From Thermoanaerobaculia bacterium (lineage in GTDB: Bacteria > Acidobacteriota > Thermoanaerobaculia > Multivoradales > JAGPDF01), in the NCBI GenBank assembly GCA_039932315.1, contig JBDTQG010000009.1, forward strand, positions 3,969-67,968: a stretch of DNA of 64,000 nucleotides, read 5' to 3'. Shown here one piece after another: positions 9,513-16,374 of the stretch (position 1 is its first letter; each line of letters starts with the position of its first letter). The notes under the pieces were generated by a model. That model had not been told where the DNA came from and ran no database searches. It saw only the letters and a list, made by a program, of their open reading frames with translations. A program made the translations under genes and the position numbers.

Positions 9513-11252
9513 TCAGGGAGGCGAAAGAGTCAGCGTGAGGGAATTGCCGTCGGCTCCGCCCGGCGTCAGGCTCGCGACCTGGATTCCGGTCCGGGCGAGG
9601 TCGATGACGACATGGATCTCGTTGCCGTTCGTCGTGACGTGGAAGCCCGTCCGGACGCCTTTGACCAGCGCGCCAGAACCGCGCGGCGCCGCGCCGCGAT
9701 ACGGATTCTCCATCCCCTTCAACTTGATCAGCACCCGCGGATTGTCGCCGCCGATCTCGGAATAACTGAAGGCACCGGAGCTGAACCCACCGTCGCCGGT
9801 GAGAACCATGGCGGTTTCCCCGGTCCCGCCGGGCGCGTCGCTCCACCGAATGCCGTTGAGAGTGCGGGCCGGTCGGGCGGGTGCGGCGACGGGCGCCATC
9901 CCGGTGGACGGAGTCGCCGCGGGTCGCGGAGCGGGAGCTGCAGGAGCCGGTACTGCGGCGGCAGCCGGCGTCGGCGGAACGGGTGCCGACGACGGCGGGA
10001 TGTCGCTGACGGTGTTGGCGGCGTTGGCGGTGTTGACGGTGTTGGCAGGGCCGGTGGAGCCGGTCGCGGCGGCGGCGACGTCGGACGCCTCCGCGGAAGA
10101 ATCTTCCGGCGGCGGAGAGGTAGCTCCGGCGCGCGGCGGTTTGGCGGCTGCGGAGACGGCTGTCGGATCGACTCCGACCTGCTGCACGAGCGTCGTTCCC
10201 GGGGCTGGCGCAGCGGTGAGCGGTTCGCTGGCGGGCACGCGTGCCGGTGGCGCGGTCTGCGGAGCCGGAGCGGCGACGACGGCCTGGGCCGGTTTGGCAC
10301 TCTCGCCCAGGAGCTCGGCTCCCCAACGCATCCAGGCGAGGTAGCTTCCGCCGCCGAAGAGAGCGAGGACCAGGGCGATCTTCACCCAGGGCGCGCTCTC
10401 GCGCTCGCTCGACTTGGCCGCCGCGGAAGCCAGCATGGGCAGCGCCGGCTCTTCGCGGAGCGCTGCGCGGACGATGTCGGCCGTCTGTGGATCGGCTTCG
10501 TCCAGAGGCGAGAAGACGGAGAACGGGCGGGTTTCGGCGAGATACGGATCGGCTTCGGGCTGCGGCGGAAGCCCCTGCAGGGCGTCGAAGTCGAGTGGAC
10601 TGGTGTCGCGGGGATCGCTTGGCGGAGCGAAGGAGTCGCCGGGGGCCGGCGCAGCCATTTCGTCGCGCCGGGCCACGCGCGCAGCGCCAGGCGACGTGAG
10701 CGTTTCACTGAGCGCGTCTTCATTCGATTCCGCAGCGGATTCCGCTGCGGGACCCGGGGCTGACTCCGCCATGGCCTCCGGACGATGGAGCGGACTCTGA
10801 GCAGCGCGTCCGCGGTCGACGGGCGGCAGCTGCGAGGCATCGGCAACGTAGGTGAACCCGCTCGAGTCGAGAAGCGAATCTTCCGCGAGCGACTGTTCCA
10901 GATACTCGAACAGGGCTTCGGCGATGTGGTCACGGCTCTGCGTATCAAGCTGCAGGAAGCGGATGCCGACGCCGGCCGGCTGTCCCGGACCGAGATAGCG
11001 GTCGCGCACCCAGACGACTTCACCGGCGCCCTGCACCGGTTTCCGTTCGGCTCCGAGATTGAACTCGAAAACCAGCTGCGTCCCGAGCGGCGGAGGCGAC
11101 GGATGCTTGACGAACATTCCGGTCGCCGAGACATTGGCCGCGAAGCCGTTCTGATAGGCAACGGTGCCCTGGAAATGCAGGCGGACGACCGCGTCGAGCG
11201 GCATCCGGGTGGAGCGCTGAAACTCGCCGGCGATCTGGTCTTCGGACTCCAT
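9513..11252 (-). CDS. PilZ-domain (TIGR02266-like) / Pro-Ala-rich linker / single TM / C-terminal AMIN-domain protein
   Basis: The N-terminus (RMPLDAVVRLHF...NVSATGMFVKH...GAGEVVWVRD...GVGIRFLQLD) resembles the myxobacterial PilZ subfamily. The TM segment is WVKIALVLALFGGGSYLAWM. The C-terminus (LNGIRWSD...NPRVLIKLKG...VKGVRTGFH...IHVVIDLAR...LTLTL) fits the AMIN pattern. Confidence 0.6.
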   Translation of the reverse strand: MESEDQIAGEFQRSTRMPLDAVVRLHFQGTVAYQNGFAANVSATGMFVKHPSPPPLGTQLVFEFNLGAERKPVQGAGEVVWVRDRYLGPGQPAGVGIRFLQLDTQSRDHIAEALFEYLEQSLAEDSLLDSSGFTYVADASQLPPVDRGRAAQSPLHRPEAMAESAPGPAAESAAESNEDALSETLTSPGAARVARRDEMAAPAPGDSFAPPSDPRDTSPLDFDALQGLPPQPEADPYLAETRPFSVFSPLDEADPQTADIVRAALREEPALPMLASAAAKSSERESAPWVKIALVLALFGGGSYLAWMRWGAELLGESAKPAQAVVAAPAPQTAPPARVPASEPLTAAPAPGTTLVQQVGVDPTAVSAAAKPPRAGATSPPPEDSSAEASDVAAAATGSTGPANTVNTANAANTVSDIPPSSAPVPPTPAAAAVPAPAAPAPRPAATPSTGMAPVAAPARPARTLNGIRWSDAPGGTGETAMVLTGDGGFSSGAFSYSEIGGDNPRVLIKLKGMENPYRGAAPRGSGALVKGVRTGFHVTTNGNEIHVVIDLARTGIQVASLTPGGADGNSLTLTLSPP

Positions 11253-11265
11253 CTGGCGAACTAGT

Positions 11266-12303
11266 TTACGACGAAAGCTTTTCCCAGTCCGCCTCGTCCG
11301 CGTCGAGCGCGATGGCGAGTCCGCCGTTCGAGCCGGCGAAAACCGGATCCTCGACCGTGATCACCTTCCCGCCGCCGATTTCCGCGAGGGTTTTTTCGAG
11401 CGCGCCGGCCAGTCCGCGGATCCGCGAGCCGCGGCCGGAGAGAATGACGTTCTTGCGCACGCGCTCCTGAAACTCGGGCTCTACGGCCGCGAGAAGATCG
11501 AGCATCGTCTCGGAGAACGGCGCGACCAGGCTCTCGCAGGCGAGCCGCAGCTCGTCGGTGATGTCGACCTTCTGCGCTTTGCCCTGCGACGGCGCAGAGA
11601 CCATGACCTTCTCCTTCTGCTCGCCGATGAATCCGTGCTCTTCCTTCCAGCCGCGTACCATGTGCTGCGAGAACTGAATCTCCGGATGGCGCTCGGCGAT
11701 GAGCTTGCCGAGGAGATCGTCGACGGAATCGCCGGCCTTGGTGAGTGTGCGCTGATCCTCTTCGCCGGGGTAGTGACCCTTCATGACGCAGAAGTCCGTC
11801 GTGCCGGCGCCGATGTCGATGATCAGCGTGTGGAGCAGGGCTTCGATGCCGTAGGCCACGGCGAACGGTTCCGAAACGATGATCAGTCCGTCGACCATCC
11901 CCTTCATCACCTGGCGCAGCTGCTGCTTGTTGACCCGCAGCGTTTCAGCCGGAACGCCGACCACCGCACGGACCTTCGGCTCCTTGTCTTCTCCGGCGCC
12001 GACGGCCGAAGTCGCGAGACCGATGAGGTGACCGAGGATCTCCTTGACCGCCGCGATGTCCTTTTCCGAGCCTTCCTTGATCAGGCCCTGCTCGAGCGGA
12101 CGATGGAGGTCGAGGACGCTCCGGTTCTCGATTGCCTCGGCACCGATCATCACGGCCTTCTTGACGACCTTGCGGGCCACCATGTCGACCGGCCAACCGA
12201 CGTAGCTGTCGACCACGAAACGGCCGCCGGACGACGTCGAGATGGCGCTCTGGGAGGTCCCCAGATCGATCCCGACGGATAGATATCGCTCTTTTGCGCT
12301 CAT
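11266..12303 (-). CDS. MamK-like bacterial actin (actin/Hsp70 superfamily filament protein)
   Basis: Start at ATG 12303 (MSAKERYLSVGIDLGTSQSA), in frame with track ORF 11266..13197. It shows near-colinear similarity to my recollection of MamK: GIDLGTS, VGVPA, VSEPFAVAYG, IIDIGAGTTDFCVMKG..PGEEDQRTLTKAG, ERHPE, LSGRGSRIRGLA and DPVFAGSNG. No mreC/mreD follow it. Confidence 0.7.
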   Translation of the reverse strand: MSAKERYLSVGIDLGTSQSAISTSSGGRFVVDSYVGWPVDMVARKVVKKAVMIGAEAIENRSVLDLHRPLEQGLIKEGSEKDIAAVKEILGHLIGLATSAVGAGEDKEPKVRAVVGVPAETLRVNKQQLRQVMKGMVDGLIIVSEPFAVAYGIEALLHTLIIDIGAGTTDFCVMKGHYPGEEDQRTLTKAGDSVDDLLGKLIAERHPEIQFSQHMVRGWKEEHGFIGEQKEKVMVSAPSQGKAQKVDITDELRLACESLVAPFSETMLDLLAAVEPEFQERVRKNVILSGRGSRIRGLAGALEKTLAEIGGGKVITVEDPVFAGSNGGLAIALDADEADWEKLSS

Positions 12304-13382
12304 CGTTGTCTCTCTCCTTCGGCCAGATGTTCCGTCGCCTGAGAGTATGCCCGAATTCCGTCGAAAAGCGCGCGCGCCAGGCGCTCCCGGTAGTCGGCCT
12401 GCGCGAGAAGTCGTGCCTCCTCGGGACTCGACAGCGAAGCAACCTCGGCGAGAATCGCGGGCATGTCGGTTTCCACGAGGACGATGAAGGGCGCCGAGCG
12501 CACGCCGCGATCGCGCACGTCGTGGCTCACTTCGCGAACCGTCGAGAGCAGGCGCTGCTGAACCGCCGCGGCGAGGCGGCGCGACTCCTGCTGCCGGAGG
12601 TCGCTGTAGATCCCGTCGAGAAGTTTGCGCACGTCGGCGAGCCCGTAGCCCGATTCCCGGTTTTCGGCGCTCGCGAGCTCGGTGACGAACGGATCGTCCG
12701 AGGGTCCGAGGTAGTAGGTCTCGATCCCGCGGTTGGCGCGCCCGTCCTTGAACCAGTTGACGTGGATCGAGACGAAGAGGTCGGCGTGGGCCTGATTGGC
12801 GAAGCGGACCCGGTCGCGCAGAAAGAGCTTGCTGTCCGTGTCGCGCGTCATCCGCACGTCGAAGCCCGCTTGCATGAGGAGCAACGCCAGACGCTGCCCG
12901 ATGTCGAGGGTGAGGATCTTCTCCGTCAGGCCGACCGGAGTCTTGGTCCCTTCGTCCGTCCCGCCGTGGCCGGGATCGATGACGATGCGGTGAACGGCGA
13001 GCGGAAAGAGCCGCGACGGGAGACGCGTCGGAATGTTCCCCACCGGCGGGTCGATCTCCGGCAGGACGAGCGGCGAGAGCGCCGAAGGGTCGGAACCGGG
13101 CGAAGCCGGGCCGGTCGCGCTGGGAAGTGCGCCTCGCGATGGATCGAGCGCGCCCTGGACGGCGGGACGGGCCGGCGGACGCAGCCAGATCGACCACAAG
13201 GCGACGGCGATGGCGCCGATGCCGCCGACGACCGCGAGCGCCGGCAGAAGCCAGCGCGCGAGCGGCGGGCGGCGGTGGAGCTTGCCGCGCGGCAGATTCT
13301 GGATGGCGCGAAGGTTCTCGTCGACGGCGCCGGCGAGGAGCCGGCGCTTCAGTTTCGGATCGAGAGCTCGACCGCTCCTCAG
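12300..13382 (-). CDS. Membrane-anchored N-acetylmuramoyl-L-alanine amidase (Amidase_3, AmiA/B/C type); start codon uncertain
   Basis: Motifs VIDPGHGGTDEG, DLFVSIHVN, GIETYY and DMPAILAEVASLS. The N-terminal TM segment is WLLPALAVVGGIGAIAVALWSIW. The stop overlaps the MamK-like ATG (ATGA at 12300-12303). No in-frame ATG/GTG/TTG lies between the upstream stop and the TM segment. The feature end is set at a CTG that forms a CTGA overlap with the upstream stop. Confidence 0.7.
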   Translation of the reverse strand: MRSGRALDPKLKRRLLAGAVDENLRAIQNLPRGKLHRRPPLARWLLPALAVVGGIGAIAVALWSIWLRPPARPAVQGALDPSRGALPSATGPASPGSDPSALSPLVLPEIDPPVGNIPTRLPSRLFPLAVHRIVIDPGHGGTDEGTKTPVGLTEKILTLDIGQRLALLLMQAGFDVRMTRDTDSKLFLRDRVRFANQAHADLFVSIHVNWFKDGRANRGIETYYLGPSDDPFVTELASAENRESGYGLADVRKLLDGIYSDLRQQESRRLAAAVQQRLLSTVREVSHDVRDRGVRSAPFIVLVETDMPAILAEVASLSSPEEARLLAQADYRERLARALFDGIRAYSQATEHLAEGERQR

Positions 13383-14950
13383 TCGGCGTCTTTCTGCAGG
13401 CGTTGGAGCGCGGCGGCCAGTGCGCCCATGCCGGTCGACTTCTTCGCCTGCTTGAGGAACGACTGATAGTCGGACTTCGAACCCTCGAGAGTCTTGCCTT
13501 CGATCGTCAGCGAGATGCGCTTCTTGCGCGTATCGACCTGTGCCACCTGCAGTGTCACCTTCTTGCCGATGCCGTAGGTCCGTCCGACGTTCGCTCCCTT
13601 GGGAAGCCCCATCTCGGAGGCCGGAAGCAGCCCGGTGAGGCCCGGCTCGAGCAGAATGAAAGCGCCGAATTTCTCGACCTTCTCGACCGTTCCGATCACC
13701 TTCGCGCCCTCGGCATAGCGGGTCTCGACGCCCTCCCAGGGATTGCCCTGCGGGGTTTCGCGCAGCGCGAGCGAAATGCGCTTCCGCGCGAGATCGACTT
13801 CCCGCACCCAGCCTTCGAGCATCTCGCCGGGAGCGAGCTTCGGATCTTCGGCCTTCATGCCCGGCGCGAGCTGCGACACGTGCAGAAGACCTTCGACTCC
13901 GGGCGCCACTTCGACGAACCACCCGAACTCGGACTTCCGCATGACCTTGCCGGTGAACTTGTCGCCATTGGCGAACTGCGACGACACGCTCTGCCACGGA
14001 TCGGGTTCGAGCGCCTTCATCGACAGCGAAACGCGGTCGCCGCCCTTGGGCAGCTTGATGATCTTGGCGGTGACTTCGTCGCCGACCTTGAGCACCTCAT
14101 TCGGATGTTCGACGCGCGAGCGCTTGATCTCGGAGACGTGAATCAGTCCCTCGATGCCTCCGAGATCGACGAACGCGCCGAAGTCGGTGAGCGAGATCAC
14201 CTTGCCGGTCACCGTCGAACCGAGCGTGAGCGCGGCGCGGGATTCCGCAGTCTTGTGCGCCTTCTCGTCCCGCAGAACCGCGGCGTGGGAGACCACCAGA
14301 CGGTGTCCCTTCTCCTCGACGCGCAGAACGCGGAAGAGAAAACTCTGGTCGAGGTACTGCGCGGGCTCCTTGGGAGCGCCGAGCTCCATCGAAGAGCGCG
14401 GACAGAACGACGTGATGCCGTCGACGACGACATGAAAGCCGCCCTGGTTCCAGCCGATGACCTTGCCCTCGACATACGCCTGGTTGGCGATCGCGGTGCG
14501 GACGAGATCACTCGGAACGAGAGCGAGCTCCTCCGGCGTCGGGGCGACGAACTCGTCGACCGACTTGCCGGTGGGACGATGACGCTTGTCGCGCGGCTTC
14601 CGGTCGACCTTGTCACCCTTGGGACGCGCGCCCGCCTTCTTCTCGCGCGGCGCTCCGCCCTCTCCCCGCGACTTCGCCGCGGCCGGAGCCGCCGGTGTCG
14701 CGACGCCCGCCTCAGGTGCGGCCGCCACGGGCGTTCCCTCCGCACCGGCCGCTGCCGCGACGGAAGCGCTCGGGGCGGTCTCGGGGGTCGACGGGGTCTC
14801 AGGTACCTCAGCGACCTCAGTGACCTCAGTGACCTCAGCCATCTCAGTGACCTCAGCGGCGGCTACGGCGGCAGTGGAGCCCTTTTCGGACCCGGATTCG
14901 GGGTGCGTGGGCGTTTCGGACGCGATGGGGCTGTTCTCGAGCTCGGACAT
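13379..14950 (-). CDS. S1 RNA-binding-domain protein (four S1 repeats, rpsA-like) with a ~150-aa disordered acidic/basic N-terminal extension
   Basis: Four S1-like modules: GKVIGWNQGGFHVVVDG, GKVISLTDFGAFVDLGGIEGLIHVSE, GKVMRKSEFGWFVEV..GVEGLLHVSQ and GTVEKVEKFGAFILL. Start chosen at ATG 14950, with GGAG 7 nt upstream. ATG 14965 is an alternative. This is not the canonical 6-domain S1 architecture. Confidence 0.65.
   Translation of the reverse strand: MSELENSPIASETPTHPESGSEKGSTAAVAAAEVTEMAEVTEVTEVAEVPETPSTPETAPSASVAAAAGAEGTPVAAAPEAGVATPAAPAAAKSRGEGGAPREKKAGARPKGDKVDRKPRDKRHRPTGKSVDEFVAPTPEELALVPSDLVRTAIANQAYVEGKVIGWNQGGFHVVVDGITSFCPRSSMELGAPKEPAQYLDQSFLFRVLRVEEKGHRLVVSHAAVLRDEKAHKTAESRAALTLGSTVTGKVISLTDFGAFVDLGGIEGLIHVSEIKRSRVEHPNEVLKVGDEVTAKIIKLPKGGDRVSLSMKALEPDPWQSVSSQFANGDKFTGKVMRKSEFGWFVEVAPGVEGLLHVSQLAPGMKAEDPKLAPGEMLEGWVREVDLARKRISLALRETPQGNPWEGVETRYAEGAKVIGTVEKVEKFGAFILLEPGLTGLLPASEMGLPKGANVGRTYGIGKKVTLQVAQVDTRKKRISLTIEGKTLEGSKSDYQSFLKQAKKSTGMGALAAALQRLQKDAD
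14803..14856 (-). repeat. Six tandem 9-bp units (NNACCTCAG on the plus strand) inside the S1-domain gene, encoding (E-V-T)-like triplets
   Basis: Read directly: gtacctcag cgacctcag tgacctcag tgacctcag ccatctcag tgacctcag. They translate on the minus strand as AEVTEMAEVTEVTEVAEV. Confidence 0.9.
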
Positions 14951-15107
14951 GCGGGACTCCACCATGCAAGTTTCGGGGCTGTTCCGGCGAATGCCTCCGG
15001 AGAGGCGCGACTCGCGGGAAGAATAGCGCAAGAATCGCGCAGAGCGAAGCGGTCCCGGCGCCGCGGCATGGGCCGGCCGCGGGGCTCGCCCGGGAGCGGG
15101 CCGGCCG

Positions 15108-16256
15108 GTGAACGCTAGACTTCCGGCCTTGCGATTCGCCTGGTTCGTCACTCCCCACGGCTTCGGCCATGCGGCTCGATCGGCTGCGGTCATCGAGGCC
15201 CTGGGCGAGGAAATGCCTGAGGCCGAGGTCGATCTCTGGACCTCCGTTCCCCTCTGGTTTTTTGAAGAGTCGATCACCGTTCCGTTCGGTTATCGCCCTC
15301 TGCGCTGCGACGTCGGTCTCGTTCAGAAAAACCCGATCGAGGAGGATGTCGAGGCGTCGCTCCAGGCGCTCGCCGACTTCTGGAAATCGGCCGATGGGCA
15401 GGGCCCGGAGTCGATCGCGGCGATCTCCGCGCAGGTCGTCGCTTCGGGGGCGGGCGCGGTCGTCTGCGACATCGCTCCGTTCGGCCTCGAGGTCGCGCGC
15501 CGCGCCGGGCTGCCGGCGGTACTGATCGAGAACTTCACCTGGGACTGGATCTACGCTGCGCTCGCTCCGGCAGAGCCGCGGTTTCTCCCCTGGGCACGAG
15601 AGCTCGCGCGGCGCGGAATGCCGCGGAAGGCGCGCACTCTTCATCTGCAGCTCGAACCCGTGTGCCGGGCCGCGAGCGGCGCGATTCCGCTGCCGCTGGT
15701 GGCGCGCTCGCCAAGGCTTTCCCGCAGCGAGGTCGCCTCGCGCCTCGGGATTGAAGCGTCGCAGGCGATCGTGCTGGTGAGCTTCGGTGGCGTCGCGCAC
15801 CGGCTGACGAGCTCCGCGAGATTCGGCGAGATTCCCGACGCGACGTTCGTGCTCCTCGGGGCGAGTGAAGAGGAGCGCTGGGAGGCGAACGTCCGCCGGC
15901 TGCCGCACCACTCACCGATCTATCACCCCGACCTCGTCGCTGCGGCCGATGTCGTCGTCGGCAAGCTCGGCTATTCGACGGTCGCGGAGGCGGTGACGGC
16001 CGGCGCCCGGCTCATGTTCGTCCCGCGACCCGGATTCGCCGAATCCGAGGTTCTCGAGCGTTACGTCGAAACGCGGGTACCGGTCGCGCGGATTTCGCTC
16101 GCCGAGCTCGAGAGCGGCGCCTGGGTCGAACGCCTGCCGGCGCTTCTCGCGCACGAGCGCCTGCAGGCGCAGTTTCCGCCGCCGACGGCCGGTGGAAGGT
16201 GCGGTGCTCGCGTCGCCGCGGATCGCATCATCCGCTGGTGGAAAAATCTGTCGTAG
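15108..16256 (+). CDS. GT1/GT28-like glycosyltransferase (MurG/UDP-glycosyltransferase fold)
   Basis: GTG start. The N-terminus FVTPHGFGHAARSAAVIEAL and the C-terminus VVGKLGYSTVAEAVTAGARLMFVPR resemble the GT-B glycosyltransferase family that includes the N-terminal domain of plant arabinokinase-like proteins. Confidence 0.5.
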   Translation: MNARLPALRFAWFVTPHGFGHAARSAAVIEALGEEMPEAEVDLWTSVPLWFFEESITVPFGYRPLRCDVGLVQKNPIEEDVEASLQALADFWKSADGQGPESIAAISAQVVASGAGAVVCDIAPFGLEVARRAGLPAVLIENFTWDWIYAALAPAEPRFLPWARELARRGMPRKARTLHLQLEPVCRAASGAIPLPLVARSPRLSRSEVASRLGIEASQAIVLVSFGGVAHRLTSSARFGEIPDATFVLLGASEEERWEANVRRLPHHSPIYHPDLVAAADVVVGKLGYSTVAEAVTAGARLMFVPRPGFAESEVLERYVETRVPVARISLAELESGAWVERLPALLAHERLQAQFPPPTAGGRCGARVAADRIIRWWKNLS

Positions 16257-16311
16257 CGCGGCGAAGCCGGAGGAAAGGTCGAAGATGCTCTCGGATCCGC
16301 CGCGGTTTCCT

Positions 16312-16374
16312 CAAGCCGCCGCAGGCCGCCGCAAGTTGCCGCAAGCTGCCGCAAGTTGCCGCAAGTTGCCGCAA
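16312..16374. repeat. About 6.4 tandem copies of a quasi-palindromic 10-bp unit (GCAAGTTGCC) filling a convergent intergenic gap
   Basis: Read directly: caagccgcc gcaggccgcc gcaagttgcc gcaagctgcc gcaagttgcc gcaagttgcc gcaa. The array abuts the oxidase stop (16375-16377). It lies 55 nt after the glycosyltransferase stop (16254-16256). Confidence 0.9.

Noticed and set aside
9513-14950. Magnetosome gene island (because of the MamK-like actin)
   Set aside because: There are no mamA/B/E/I/J/L/M/O/P/Q-like genes, tubulation factors or CDF transporters nearby. The neighbours are an amidase and a PilZ-AMIN protein.
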